A stretch of DNA of 64,000 nucleotides from the sequence record KM501444. One strand, given 5' to 3'. The notes beneath the pieces are model-generated. The model was not told the origin of the DNA and did not search any database. It worked only from the letters and a program-made list of their open reading frames with translations. A program made the translations under genes and the position numbers. Source of the DNA: Shigella phage pSs-1. Of this stretch, positions 10,104-19,689 are shown piece after piece. Position 1 is the first letter of the stretch. The number at the start of each line of letters is the position of its first letter.

Positions 10104-10127
10104 CACTTATCCTCGTTTGGTTTCGGG

Positions 10128-10158
10128 AATATTATACTCCGGTAATCATAAAGCTAAA
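10128..10158 (-). promoter_or_regulatory. putative promoter for gene 39 (TATAAT -10 with MotA-box-like TTTAGCTTTA upstream)
   Basis: minus strand TTTAGCTTTATGATTACCGGAGTATAAT; one mismatch to MotA box consensus. Confidence 0.35.
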
Positions 10159-10174
10159 GGCCCGAAGGCCTTTT
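10157..10174 (-). other. UUCG-type hairpin (GGCC-CGAA-GGCC) after lipoprotein gene
   Basis: aaaggcccgaaggccttt inverted repeat. Confidence 0.5.
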
Positions 10175-10433
10175 ATTTAAAACGGATAGTCGAATCCTTG
10201 AAGAATAGACCAGAACATACGGTTCCTTCTACTTTCTGTCCGGTAGGTCCAATAGCACGAAATCCAGTATGTTGGAAATCATTTTCAGAGCAACCGAACC
10301 AGTTATATCCAGTGATTTCAATATTAGTAAAACCACTTGAAGACAAAACTTTGGTTGCATTATCAGCATCAGTACATCCTGCTAAAGACACTGCTAATAC
10401 TAATGCTGCGATAGAACGATTAATATATTTCAT
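10173..10433 (-). CDS. putative lipoprotein (86 aa)
   Basis: ATG 10431-10433; signal peptide with lipobox LAGC (MKYINRSIAALVLAVSLAGC). Confidence 0.55.
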   Translation of the reverse strand: MKYINRSIAALVLAVSLAGCTDADNATKVLSSSGFTNIEITGYNWFGCSENDFQHTGFRAIGPTGQKVEGTVCSGLFFKDSTIRFK

Positions 10434-10437
10434 AATT

Positions 10438-10809
10438 TCACTCAAATTTAATGGCTTGAAGAAGACTAATAATTCTCAAGCGACTTCTTTCATCTTTAAC
10501 CGTAAATGAAAGAGGGTCACCAGATTTCATAGTGATAGTGCATTCAAAATCAAAATCTTCGGGAACTTCTTCGAAGAAGTCAAATTCTTCATCATATATT
10601 AGAACATTACTCTGAAAACTGTGAAGAATTTTTCCATCATTTCCAGATGCTGTACTAATCATTGTAACGTTATTACCTTTCATATCTTCAACGATAAATT
10701 CGCTTGTAGATATTACGGCATTAATAGAACCATTCCTATAAATAGCAGAAAATAGATATTTCTTTTCTTCACCTTCGCGAATGCGATATTTCTTACCAAT
10801 TTTAAACAT
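10438..10809 (-). CDS. hypothetical protein (123 aa)
   Basis: ORF track. Confidence 0.45.
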   Translation of the reverse strand: MFKIGKKYRIREGEEKKYLFSAIYRNGSINAVISTSEFIVEDMKGNNVTMISTASGNDGKILHSFQSNVLIYDEEFDFFEEVPEDFDFECTITMKSGDPLSFTVKDERSRLRIISLLQAIKFE

Positions 10810-10811
10810 AA

Positions 10812-10988
10812 TTACCCTTTAAGTAAGTCGTAAAAACCACCAATCACATGCTTAGGAGCGGAAACTAACCGAATAGCAATCCGATGACAATCAGGACATA
10901 CATCAGTATCCCTTTCAGAAATTTTCTTGATTTTTTCGTATTCTTTTGCACAGTCTTTAGATTGACATTTATAATCATAAAGCGGCAT
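10812..10988 (-). CDS. FmdB-like zinc-ribbon protein (58 aa)
   Basis: hand translation MPLYDYKCQSKDCAKEYEKIKKISERDTDVCPDCHR: CxxxxC...CxxC ribbon with MP.Y.Y N-terminus; below track cutoff. Confidence 0.45.
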   Translation of the reverse strand: MPLYDYKCQSKDCAKEYEKIKKISERDTDVCPDCHRIAIRLVSAPKHVIGGFYDLLKG

Positions 10989-10990
10989 AA

Positions 10991-11410
10991 TTATTCCTTA
11001 AAGTGAGCTTTCAACATCTGATACAAAGACCACGCCTGTTCATTATTTTCAATAGTAACTTTCATGACAGGAAATTCTGTGAAATCTTCTATTTGTTCTT
11101 GCTCTTCCTGCTCTTGCTCTTCAGATGCCTGATATGGATTTTCAACTTCATCAAAGAACTCAGCTTCGTTAGTAGAAAGCCAGATAAAGTTTTCATCAAG
11201 GATATCACCATGTTTTGCATATCCAATTGTGCCAGTAAATGACATAATTTTAGTAGGACGACCAAGATGGTCAGCATCTAAAATTTTAAAAGGATGCATA
11301 CCTAAACGGCGCGCATAGATTCCGTTATCAGTATGGTCTTTAATAAAATTTTCTTGAGCTTGTTTATTTTTAAATTGATACCATTTATTAACTTCAAATC
11401 TAATAGCCAT
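10991..11410 (-). CDS. hypothetical acidic protein (139 aa), goF position
   Basis: ORF track; [10 protein letters not shown] acidic run; synteny with T4 goF. Confidence 0.45.
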   Translation of the reverse strand: MAIRFEVNKWYQFKNKQAQENFIKDHTDNGIYARRLGMHPFKILDADHLGRPTKIMSFTGTIGYAKHGDILDENFIWLSTNEAEFFDEVENPYQASEEQEQEEQEQIEDFTEFPVMKVTIENNEQAWSLYQMLKAHFKE

Positions 11411-11625
11411 TAATAAATTTCCTTCCAGTAAGTTGTACCGTCTTCAGTGATTTCACGGAATACACCGTAAATTGGTTGTTTATCACCAACCTTTTCATAC
11501 ACATAAACCGAAGTCAAGTGAGTAAACTTAGCAGTGTGTTCCTTTTGAACTACTACCAAATCTGGATCGAATAATACATCTTCAAATTCGTCGCTGGTGC
11601 AATTTTGAACAATTTTACGTTTCAT
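11410..11625 (-). CDS. Cef-like protein (71 aa)
   Basis: 71 aa at T4 cef position (size/synteny only). Confidence 0.45.
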   Translation of the reverse strand: MKRKIVQNCTSDEFEDVLFDPDLVVVQKEHTAKFTHLTSVYVYEKVGDKQPIYGVFREITEDGTTYWKEIY

Positions 11626-11740
11626 TACAATTTCCTCATTAATTGAACATTGGAGCGATGTGTTTCAGAAGAGTAGTAGCACCTTTGGCAAATTTTCCAT
11701 TTTATTCTCCAAGTTGTTTTCTGTATCAGTAGTTGATATT

Positions 11741-11775
11741 GATATAGTACCATAATCAACTACTGATGTATATAG
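11741..11775 (-). promoter_or_regulatory. early-promoter-like cassette (diverged -35)
   Basis: gatatagtaccat...gtatat plus UP element gaaaaaatttt; same cassette family as 29728-29759. Confidence 0.4.
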
Positions 11776-11797
11776 TTTTATGAAAAAATTTTAAACT

Positions 11798-12286
11798 TTA
11801 TGCATAGAGAGCTTTACTATAGTGTTTAATCCAACTTTCAGGAATGACTTTGTATGTTCCTAAAAATACCGCGTTGTACAACTTAACGCCATCTTCTACC
11901 CATTGATCGGTAATGTATGCACACATAGCACGAGTATAAACAGCCGCACCATCATCTTTGATAAATTTAAATTCACAAGGAGCAATGAACTTAATAGCCT
12001 GACCGAGTTTCCACTTAAAGTCTACACCTACATGCGAAGTATCAATCGTTTCAATTCCTTTAGCAGGAACAGCTTTCAAAAACGCAGACTCAAGAAATTT
12101 CGCACGAACATAGCCAAACTGAGGTTTAGACTTTCCATCTTTAGGAATGATACGCACTTTTACTTCAGAATCTTCATCTTTAACACCATGTTTAAGCTGA
12201 ATGCTTACAATTTCAACCAATTTTCCTGCTGCTTTAGAACGGGATTTATCAGATACACGAGCAATTTCACCAATATTAATAATCAT
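11798..12286 (-). CDS. motB: MotB-like protein (162 aa)
   Basis: 162 aa at T4 motB position; C-terminal ITDQWVEDGVKLYNAVFLG shared with next ORF. Confidence 0.55.
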   Translation of the reverse strand: MIINIGEIARVSDKSRSKAAGKLVEIVSIQLKHGVKDEDSEVKVRIIPKDGKSKPQFGYVRAKFLESAFLKAVPAKGIETIDTSHVGVDFKWKLGQAIKFIAPCEFKFIKDDGAAVYTRAMCAYITDQWVEDGVKLYNAVFLGTYKVIPESWIKHYSKALYA

Positions 12287-12329
12287 AGTTATCTCTCACT
12301 TGTTAAAAAGATTTTATACTCCATGGGAC

Positions 12330-12360
12330 CATTATACTCTGGTCCCAAGAGTTTGTAAAC
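12330..12360 (-). promoter_or_regulatory. T4-type early promoter
   Basis: cattatactct...gtaaac; -10 lies inside inverted repeat gggacc/ggtccc. Confidence 0.55.
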
Positions 12361-12362
12361 TA

Positions 12363-12905
12363 TTAATTCAAAATAGCTACCACTGCACTACGAGGTACTA
12401 CGCTAAAATCACCTGCATGAACAACGTTCAGAAGTTCAACACCATCTTCAATCCACTGGTCTGTTACCCAACCACAGACCGAAATAAATGGGGTCTTAAT
12501 AGCTACTGCACGAGTCAAAAGGTCAGTAGGATCAACCTCTTTGAAGAGGATAAGCTCTGCTTCAAAGACTATAGTTTTAATTACTTCATCATTATCTAAG
12601 CGTTGTGCTCGAATCACATAAGCTTTATTCTTATCATGCCAATTACTTTTTGAAAAACTTTTAACCACAAACTCGCCTTCACCAAAAACACTAGTCAATG
12701 CTTTATAACCCAAACTTAGTTCAGTAGTTTTAATTTCAGTTTCAACCAGTTTGTAGATTTTGCCAATTTCGATGGTCCGAGCAGTCATAAATGTTTCCTT
12801 AATTTCCAGTGGTTTAACAGGGCATACATAAGTGCTTACAACATCAAAATCAATCAGTTTAGCTACCGGATTTGGTGTGTATTCAGGATTATAATTAAAT
12901 TTCAT
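12363..12905 (-). CDS. MotB paralog (180 aa), motB.1 position
   Basis: C-terminal VTDQWIEDGVELLNVVHAG matches MotB-like C-terminus. Confidence 0.5.
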   Translation of the reverse strand: MKFNYNPEYTPNPVAKLIDFDVVSTYVCPVKPLEIKETFMTARTIEIGKIYKLVETEIKTTELSLGYKALTSVFGEGEFVVKSFSKSNWHDKNKAYVIRAQRLDNDEVIKTIVFEAELILFKEVDPTDLLTRAVAIKTPFISVCGWVTDQWIEDGVELLNVVHAGDFSVVPRSAVVAILN

Positions 12906-12907
12906 AA

Positions 12908-13408
12908 TTATCTCATTTCAATAAAATCTATAAGTTCAGCATGGGATTTACGGAACATTACTTGATGTCCGCCAATGATAACTTGGTCATCTGGCACTTC
13001 GTATACAGCAAGATAAAATCCTTTAGAAGATAATTCTTCACGCTCTTCTCGTGTGAACCATCTCATCATATCATATTCACTAGCGAAAGCAAAATGATAA
13101 AGAGCTATAAACCATCCTGGAATATGATATTCTACTCCAACATAATCTTTCTTGAACTTAGTATTAATTACTATATTAGCGTTTTTAACTAATAGTTTAT
13201 CTTCATGTGGTACAGGAATTCTTTTATTATCATCGCTATGATGCATAAAATTAGGTCTACTATAACCTACACGTAATAGCCACTCTTCGCTCCATGAATC
13301 TATTATACTCCTGTACGGCGTTATTTGAACACAAAGATTTCGACGTATTGTTATAGCATCTTCATAATCAAGAATACTAAATGATGATTCAACACGATAA
13401 ATTTTCAT
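12908..13408 (-). CDS. hypothetical protein (166 aa)
   Basis: ATG 13406-13408 with GAGG SD downstream of early promoter. Confidence 0.45.
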   Translation of the reverse strand: MKIYRVESSFSILDYEDAITIRRNLCVQITPYRSIIDSWSEEWLLRVGYSRPNFMHHSDDNKRIPVPHEDKLLVKNANIVINTKFKKDYVGVEYHIPGWFIALYHFAFASEYDMMRWFTREEREELSSKGFYLAVYEVPDDQVIIGGHQVMFRKSHAELIDFIEMR

Positions 13409-13433
13409 TTTATTATCCTCAGTAGCTATGGTG

Positions 13434-13465
13434 TTATAATACCACAACTAACAGAGGAAGTAAAC
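13434..13465 (-). promoter_or_regulatory. T4-type early promoter
   Basis: ttataataccac...gtaaac. Confidence 0.55.
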
Positions 13466-13471
13466 AACTTT

Positions 13472-14155
13472 TTATCGTTTTGTTGGAAGAGACAGAGGAT
13501 CGCACTCTTCCTCTGACGGAGCATCTTCAAGACCCATAGCATATCGCAAAGCATACTTCATCATCAGGATGTCTTTCGCACAATCATGAATAGAATCATG
13601 CGCAACGAATCCGTCTAAAGTTCCCTTTGGAAGAGGACATGTAGTCATATCACGAACAAGCAGAAGTGCTTCAATTCTGGTACGAATATCACGTTGATTC
13701 CAGAATTTACAAGGTTCTAACTTAAACGTATCAAGCTCATTCTCGGAAACGCCATTAAGACGTTGAATATCGCGAATGAGATCAACTAAAATTGGAAAAT
13801 CAAACGACATTCCACGGCACCAGCCTTGAGATTTCCAAGGATCGATGTTATGTGCATTGATGTAATCATTAAATTTTGCAATACCATCGATGGTGCTTAC
13901 ATCTTCATCTGATGGTGCAATATTTTTTCGAGCTTCTGGAGATTGGTTTTTCCACCATTCGATAGTGCTTTTAGTAAAAAGACGATGTCCTTTTTGACTT
14001 TTTAAATCAAATTTGATTTTAATACCGCGCGAAACTAATTCATCAAACGTTTCAACTACTTCTGGATTAGGGTCAAAGGCAATAACAGCCAAATCAATAA
14101 CAGCTGCCTTTTCACCGCTTCCCATTGTTTCAAAATCTATAATAAAATCAAACAT
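13472..14155 (-). CDS. dexA: exonuclease A DexA (DnaQ-like 3'-5' exonuclease)
   Basis: 227 aa as T4 DexA; N-terminal DFET Exo I motif. Confidence 0.75.
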   Translation of the reverse strand: MFDFIIDFETMGSGEKAAVIDLAVIAFDPNPEVVETFDELVSRGIKIKFDLKSQKGHRLFTKSTIEWWKNQSPEARKNIAPSDEDVSTIDGIAKFNDYINAHNIDPWKSQGWCRGMSFDFPILVDLIRDIQRLNGVSENELDTFKLEPCKFWNQRDIRTRIEALLLVRDMTTCPLPKGTLDGFVAHDSIHDCAKDILMMKYALRYAMGLEDAPSEEECDPLSLPTKR

Positions 14156-14430
14156 TAAATTTTCCTCGCTAAATCGCGAATTTGACCTACAGTATAATCT
14201 TGGATATAAACTTTATTAATAGGCTCATCAATAAATTTTGCCATAGATTCAATATCTTTTTGTATCTCTTCAAGACTGTATACTATCTTTAAAGCTTTTT
14301 CGCGAATAGTAACATTATCAGGTCCTGAATTTTCTTGGATGACAGCTTTAACATTTGTCATAAGAGATTTAAACTGCTGCAAACTTAATTCAATCATTAA
14401 TAACCGCCTTATAAAGATGGCTAATTTCAC
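14155..14430 (-). CDS. hypothetical protein (91 aa), dexA.1 position
   Basis: ORF track; paralogous to next ORF. Confidence 0.45.
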   Translation of the reverse strand: MKLAIFIRRLLMIELSLQQFKSLMTNVKAVIQENSGPDNVTIREKALKIVYSLEEIQKDIESMAKFIDEPINKVYIQDYTVGQIRDLARKI

Positions 14431-14650
14431 CTAAAACATAATCACTGATTGTAACAGTTTTCACTTCGCCGCAAAAGAATTCTAACGCAATCAAATCTCG
14501 TTCAATTTCTTCCAATTGAAGCATTAACTTGCCTGATTCAATTTTCACGTTTTTGCGATTTTTACTATAAGCTATTTCATAAATTTCGCTCACTTTATCT
14601 TGAAGCAGATAAAACTGGTCTTTAGTTATTTCCACGAATAGCTTCCTCAA
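14390..14650 (-). CDS. hypothetical protein (86 aa), paralog of preceding
   Basis: shared LEEI..D and Y.vGqI motifs. Confidence 0.45.
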   Translation of the reverse strand: MRKLFVEITKDQFYLLQDKVSEIYEIAYSKNRKNVKIESGKLMLQLEEIERDLIALEFFCGEVKTVTISDYVLGEISHLYKAVIND

Positions 14651-14882
14651 ATTTAATCAGCAGCTTACAGACACTTTCATCTAATGTAATTACCGTGTCT
14701 GTATTACTATGATATGATTGTTTTTCAATTCGTTTAATTGCTAGTATAGTATCACTTATAAGATTAAGCTTATAAAGGAGCTCAGCTCCTGTTACCATAA
14801 CACTGAGGTTATCTTGCTTATCAGTATGCTTCTTTATACCATCTATTAGACGATTTAAATATTTTGAATTGATGTTAATCAT
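14622..14882 (-). CDS. hypothetical protein (86 aa)
   Basis: ORF track. Confidence 0.4.
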   Translation of the reverse strand: MININSKYLNRLIDGIKKHTDKQDNLSVMVTGAELLYKLNLISDTILAIKRIEKQSYHSNTDTVITLDESVCKLLIKFEEAIRGNN

Positions 14883-14888
14883 ATATCC

Positions 14889-16208
14889 TCACACATAAAA
14901 CACATCATAACGACCACGAGTGACACCAACATAAAGAAGCTGCTGAGCCAATTCAGCATCTGCATAATGAATACAAGGTGTGTAGATGAAAGCACGGTCT
15001 ACAGACATGCCCTGAGCTTTATGGAATGTTGATGCAGGAAGTGCTTTCACTTTACTAAACTGTGATTTAGCATCCCAAAAATCACTCCACGGAGCTTTTC
15101 CACCTTTATTCCAATTTTTATAAGTTTCTGCCGTTTTACCTAAAAATAAGTTAAACTTATACAGCTCTTCATCAGATGAAATTATTTTAATCTTTTCACG
15201 ATAATATTCATCATCGCCGTAAGTTTCTACTGTTAAATCCCAATGACGAATTAGATATTCTCCAGAAACACCACGAGCTTTAACAAATGTTGATGTATAC
15301 TCTGCTTCTATAATACGAACTAATTGTCCGTTATTAAAAATAATTTCTGACACAGGCTTTCCATCAATTTTATATGTTTTAATTAATGGTTCCTGCATTA
15401 CAATAATTTCACCAACGATAAAATCTTTATCAGTTTCAAAAATCTTTTTGCGAATAATGCTATTTAACTTATCAACAGATTTATTCGTAAATGCCATTAC
15501 GCGATTTTCAAACAAATCGTCTAGTGATTTTACGATTGAAAAATAATTTACCATAAAATCGCGTAAAGCGGTATCACCAGTAAATCCACGTACTCCATGC
15601 CCGTCAACAACTTTATCATAAATCCACTTACCGTTGCGAACATCAGTAGCTACATCAATAATAGGAGCATTACTGCGTTTAACTTCAGTGAGTTCACACT
15701 GATAAAAATCTTTATGTGTAAAGAATGGACTGATATAAGCAGTGTTTTCTCCTGGGTCAACAGGTCTAATTTGCTTATTATCGCCTATTCCAATTATAGT
15801 ACACCACGGCGGGATAGTTGAAAGCAGAATTTTAAATAGCTTTCTATCATACATTGACACTTCGTCGCAGATTAATACTCTGCATTTAGCTAAATCTGGT
15901 ACTTCTTTTTGTTCAAAAAGAACGTTTTCTTCATATGTTACCGGGTTAATTTTGAGAATACTGTGAATAGTACTCGCTTCTTTCCCCGATAGTTTTGAAA
16001 GAATCTTTTTAGCCGCATGCGTAGGAGCTGCTAAAATAATACCAGTTTCGCCCGTAGATATTAAGGCTTCAATGATGAACTTAGTAAGAGTAGTCTTACC
16101 AGTACCAGCAGGTCCATTAATAGTTACATGATGTTTCTTTTCTTTAATAGCCCTCATAACGATGTTAAAGGCATTTTTCTGGCCTTCTGTCAAATCATCA
16201 AATGTCAT
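14889..16208 (-). CDS. dda: Dda DNA helicase (SF1B)
   Basis: 439 aa; Walker A GPAGTGKT, MTFDDLTEGQKNAFNIVMRAIKEKKHHVTINGPAGTGKTT as recalled for T4 Dda. Confidence 0.92.
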   Translation of the reverse strand: MTFDDLTEGQKNAFNIVMRAIKEKKHHVTINGPAGTGKTTLTKFIIEALISTGETGIILAAPTHAAKKILSKLSGKEASTIHSILKINPVTYEENVLFEQKEVPDLAKCRVLICDEVSMYDRKLFKILLSTIPPWCTIIGIGDNKQIRPVDPGENTAYISPFFTHKDFYQCELTEVKRSNAPIIDVATDVRNGKWIYDKVVDGHGVRGFTGDTALRDFMVNYFSIVKSLDDLFENRVMAFTNKSVDKLNSIIRKKIFETDKDFIVGEIIVMQEPLIKTYKIDGKPVSEIIFNNGQLVRIIEAEYTSTFVKARGVSGEYLIRHWDLTVETYGDDEYYREKIKIISSDEELYKFNLFLGKTAETYKNWNKGGKAPWSDFWDAKSQFSKVKALPASTFHKAQGMSVDRAFIYTPCIHYADAELAQQLLYVGVTRGRYDVFYV

Positions 16209-16516
16209 CGTAAATTCCCTGCAATTGGTATACTAACAATACGCCCAGTATCTAAAATTCGCCGATATAATCTTTGTGTGTCTACATCAGGCTTAACATG
16301 TTTAACTTCTATTTTATTAAACCAAAACTTGCGTGGAGTCTCGACTAATCTCGGAATTCCCATACCTAAAGCTAGTCGATACTGATCTTTAAGAGTTGTA
16401 AATACTTTATCAGCAATCTCCCTTTCAAAAAATACAGCAGGACGATGTTCATCAAGCGGAACTGGCACTGCAAATCCATCTTTATCTCTATACACTATCG
16501 CATATACATAAAACAT
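16205..16516 (-). CDS. hypothetical protein (103 aa), dda.1 position
   Basis: ORF track. Confidence 0.45.
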   Translation of the reverse strand: MFYVYAIVYRDKDGFAVPVPLDEHRPAVFFEREIADKVFTTLKDQYRLALGMGIPRLVETPRKFWFNKIEVKHVKPDVDTQRLYRRILDTGRIVSIPIAGNLR

Positions 16517-16517
16517 A

Positions 16518-17264
16518 TTATCCTCGGATAAGTTTAAAAATTGAACAATTTAGCGGGTATCCTCTTTTTAGTTTAAGTTTATCAATAAAAGACAAGTTTT
16601 GATACCGCTCTACACCTTGAATAATTTTATCACACATATCATATTGCATTTCTGCTTCTGACAACTTTTTCACAGTTTTCCAATCCGAGCCTTTAAGAAG
16701 AACGTTCAATTTAACAACTTCAGTGCCTTCTGCTATACGAGAACCATCAATACGAGCTTTGAGTGATACAATCGTTAGCTTAACGTCAGAGGTTTGTTTT
16801 GATTTAGAAAGCTGAGAAATGTGTTCAATTCGGTTTTCACGTTTTTTCTGTATAGCTTTAATTTGATTATAAGTCTTTTTGATTTTAGCCCATTTCTTTT
16901 CATCTAAATTTAGTTTATGAACTTTTTTCGCAGATGAACGACCAATTCGCAAAGCAAATAAATCACGCTTTTCAATCAACTCTTCTAAAGTATAATCAGA
17001 ACGAAATGTATTATACTTTTTCTTTACTGCAATAACATTCCCTTTAATGTATCCAACGTTATTATCAAAACGTTCTAATGATAATTTCTCTCCTTCAATA
17101 CGATTATCAAAAGGTTCTCCTGAGTAAGCGCAAACTTTCTGGTCTAAAATGTTCTTAATGTAATTGAAGTCTAAGTTAAAATCTTTAGAACGTCTTTTAG
17201 CAGATGCCTGGGTATGCTCTAGACGACGTGTAATTTTACGAATTTGATTTTTAGACAGTTTCAT
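16518..17264 (-). CDS. srd: Srd-like protein (248 aa)
   Basis: size and synteny (between dda.1 and modA); basic/Lys-rich. Confidence 0.55.
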   Translation of the reverse strand: MKLSKNQIRKITRRLEHTQASAKRRSKDFNLDFNYIKNILDQKVCAYSGEPFDNRIEGEKLSLERFDNNVGYIKGNVIAVKKKYNTFRSDYTLEELIEKRDLFALRIGRSSAKKVHKLNLDEKKWAKIKKTYNQIKAIQKKRENRIEHISQLSKSKQTSDVKLTIVSLKARIDGSRIAEGTEVVKLNVLLKGSDWKTVKKLSEAEMQYDMCDKIIQGVERYQNLSFIDKLKLKRGYPLNCSIFKLIRG

Positions 17265-17290
17265 ATTTTTCTCACGGACGGGTTAACTAC

Positions 17291-17324
17291 TTATACTATA
17301 ACATTTTCACTTCAGCTTGTAAAC
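17291..17324 (-). promoter_or_regulatory. T4-type early promoter
   Basis: ttatactata...gtaaac. Confidence 0.5.
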
Positions 17325-17380
17325 AACTTTATGAAAAATGCTTTAAAACTTTCATGGTATAATGAATCTAAGTCCTTCCA

Positions 17381-17983
17381 TTATAGATTAAATCCTTCAA
17401 AATCAAGAGTATAGACAGTATATGTTGAATACTTTTTATACTCGTACCTATCCGCAATTCTAAATACGCTTCCAGCTGGTATCATTACTTCTTGTTCATC
17501 TGAAACTAATTCCATATTACGATAGCGATGGCTATCTGGAAACTTAAAACTTGGACTATATTCTTTACAGCGTAGAGCTTTTATAGCATACTCCTGGAAA
17601 TTAAACACCATAGGAGCTTTGAATTCAAAAATAACTTGCGTGTTGTATTCTAATCCAGAAGCAAAATGCAGAGCTATATTTTTATCATATGAAGCTGATA
17701 CTACTTTATCAAATGTAATAATATCAATTCCTTGATTTAACACCTGTTTAGTCTCAACTGGAACACCTCTCCAAAGAGGTTTATCGTTTGGAACCAAACG
17801 AGATTTGATTATTTCATTTAACCAAGAATGATCGTCTGGCTTATTAGTAATACAATGAATTAAAAGTTCAATTTCGGATAAATTAAATCCTTCAGAAAGT
17901 AATTCTTCACGAATAGAAGCACGCACCGATGCATCCATTGATTTGATTTTAAAATCTTTTAATTGCATTGCTGAATATTTCAT
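17381..17983 (-). CDS. modA: ADP-ribosyltransferase ModA
   Basis: 200 aa as T4 ModA; R (LWRG), S-x-S (VVSASYD), EQE motifs. Confidence 0.7.
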   Translation of the reverse strand: MKYSAMQLKDFKIKSMDASVRASIREELLSEGFNLSEIELLIHCITNKPDDHSWLNEIIKSRLVPNDKPLWRGVPVETKQVLNQGIDIITFDKVVSASYDKNIALHFASGLEYNTQVIFEFKAPMVFNFQEYAIKALRCKEYSPSFKFPDSHRYRNMELVSDEQEVMIPAGSVFRIADRYEYKKYSTYTVYTLDFEGFNL

Positions 17984-18603
17984 TCAACTACCTCAATATC
18001 ATACACTTTAAATGTTCCAAATGAATCATGTAATTTTTCTTTTGAAATAGAAGTTATTTTATACTTTCCAATTGGAATCATCCATTCTTGTTCACGCACA
18101 ATCATCATTAAGTTATCAGTACGTTCTGAATCTAATCCATCAGTATCTTCATATGTATACTTAAACTCAGTATTAGGAGAAGAAAGTATAATGTCGCTGA
18201 TATGGTCAGAATAATTAAAAGCTTTATCAGTTTTTAAGCGAAATATTATTTCAGTGGAATATTCAACATAAGAAAAAGAACACGCTGTATGCAAACTAGT
18301 AGTAAATGAATCTACTCTGTTCGTTGAAAACACTTCTCCGACTTGTAAATCTTTAATGAGTTCTTTTGTCGATTTTGATATACCACGATATAGCTGATAA
18401 GGTGATTTAGTTAAATGCTTTTTAACGATTTTATTCAATTGCCGATGAAGAGCTTCATTCTTTTTGGCTTCCATACATTGCCAAAGAACTGACTGTTCAA
18501 AGTCAGTAAATTTTTCACAGACCTTTTTATACATATCATATTGAAAATCGACACTTTCAGCTTTTATAGATAACTGTTCAACATCTGCGAGATTAATAAT
18601 CAT
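17980..18603 (-). CDS. modB: ADP-ribosyltransferase ModB
   Basis: 207 aa from ATG 18601-18603 with GGAGG SD; paralog of ModA (LYRG, STN, EQEWMIP). Confidence 0.7.
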   Translation of the reverse strand: MIINLADVEQLSIKAESVDFQYDMYKKVCEKFTDFEQSVLWQCMEAKKNEALHRQLNKIVKKHLTKSPYQLYRGISKSTKELIKDLQVGEVFSTNRVDSFTTSLHTACSFSYVEYSTEIIFRLKTDKAFNYSDHISDIILSSPNTEFKYTYEDTDGLDSERTDNLMMIVREQEWMIPIGKYKITSISKEKLHDSFGTFKVYDIEVVE

Positions 18604-18628
18604 GATAGCCTCCATATACTTCAGAAGC

Positions 18629-18659
18629 TATCATATCATTGTTAGGAAGGAAAGTAAAC
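18629..18659 (-). promoter_or_regulatory. T4-type early promoter
   Basis: tatcatatcat...gtaaac. Confidence 0.5.
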
Positions 18660-18670
18660 AACTTTTTGAA

Positions 18671-18853
18671 TTATTTTGCCCAGGGAGCCCAAGGCGGAGG
18701 GTCAAGATGGTATGAAGCTAGTTCTTCTAGAAGAGCATCTGGGGCTTCAATTCCATAATTCTGTAATACTATACGGTACTCTTTCTTATAATCACTAGAA
18801 TCATTCTGGATATTCGTAGAATGATTATCTTCTAACATCTCAAATAAATCCAT
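18671..18853 (-). CDS. hypothetical protein (60 aa)
   Basis: ORF track. Confidence 0.4.
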   Translation of the reverse strand: MDLFEMLEDNHSTNIQNDSSDYKKEYRIVLQNYGIEAPDALLEELASYHLDPPPWAPWAK

Positions 18854-18861
18854 ATTAATTC

Positions 18862-19332
18862 CTAGCGATAAAAACCAAAATGACGATTAGCTTCAATAAT
18901 CTTTCTTTCTTCTTCGGACATTCTCCAGCGTAGTCCAACATCAAAATGAGCCCAGACCATCTTAACAAATGCATTTATATCTTTAATATCTTCAATAATG
19001 AATGTTTTACTTTTAGAAGGTTGACTAGCTAATTTAACTTTATCGTCTTCAAACAGGTCAAAAAGACCATATTCATGAGCTCTTTTATAGCCTTTAATAG
19101 TTAAAGCTTCAGAAGAAGAAAACGGTGAATCAGTATTCTGTAAAATATCTTCAGTATGCTTTATAATTAGAATAACATTTTCTGGATATTTTCTTTCTTT
19201 TATATCTTTAATTAAAATATCCGGATTTTCTGCTAAAGGAATAATTAATGAGCATTTTTTATCAAGTGCATTTACTGATTTACCTTCTTTAGACATAAAT
19301 TCTATTGAATAATGTTTTGCTACTTCAATCAT
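18862..19332 (-). CDS. hypothetical protein (156 aa), mrh region
   Basis: ORF track; ATG verified. Confidence 0.45.
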   Translation of the reverse strand: MIEVAKHYSIEFMSKEGKSVNALDKKCSLIIPLAENPDILIKDIKERKYPENVILIIKHTEDILQNTDSPFSSSEALTIKGYKRAHEYGLFDLFEDDKVKLASQPSKSKTFIIEDIKDINAFVKMVWAHFDVGLRWRMSEEERKIIEANRHFGFYR

Positions 19333-19477
19333 GTGATTTCCTTTTGCCTACTAATGGACCGTCAGGAATTTTGTTTTCCTGGATATATTTCTCATTTTCT
19401 TCCATCATTTTACTGCCAATTTTAAGAAGCAAATCCATTGCTTCATTTGCTTTAGCTTTAGCCTCTTCTAATGTCAT
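19325..19477 (-). CDS. hypothetical small protein (50 aa)
   Basis: hand-translated [24 protein letters not shown]...; below track cutoff. Confidence 0.3.
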   Translation of the reverse strand: MTLEEAKAKANEAMDLLLKIGSKMMEENEKYIQENKIPDGPLVGKRKSHD

Positions 19478-19485
19478 ATCTCTGT

Positions 19486-19689
19486 TCACGATTTATCCCC
19501 ATAGATGTCTCTCATCAATTTAAGCGCTGAGCGTTCTAATTTCTTTTCTTTCTCGGCACTAATCATTGATTTCATCCATTCTTCTGATTCGTTCTGCATT
19601 TCTTTATTTGCTTGTTCAACCCAACCATCGTCAATATACATTGAGTTTGGTCTATTAAACCATTCAAGCATCTTCTTCAGAACTTTCAT
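19486..19689 (-). CDS. hypothetical protein (67 aa)
   Basis: ORF track. Confidence 0.4.
   Translation of the reverse strand: MKVLKKMLEWFNRPNSMYIDDGWVEQANKEMQNESEEWMKSMISAEKEKKLERSALKLMRDIYGDKS

Noticed and set aside
8286-10106. Gene 60-style translational bypass or mobA insertion in the topoisomerase gene
   Set aside because: The reading frame is continuous over 605 codons with no in-frame stop or coding gap.
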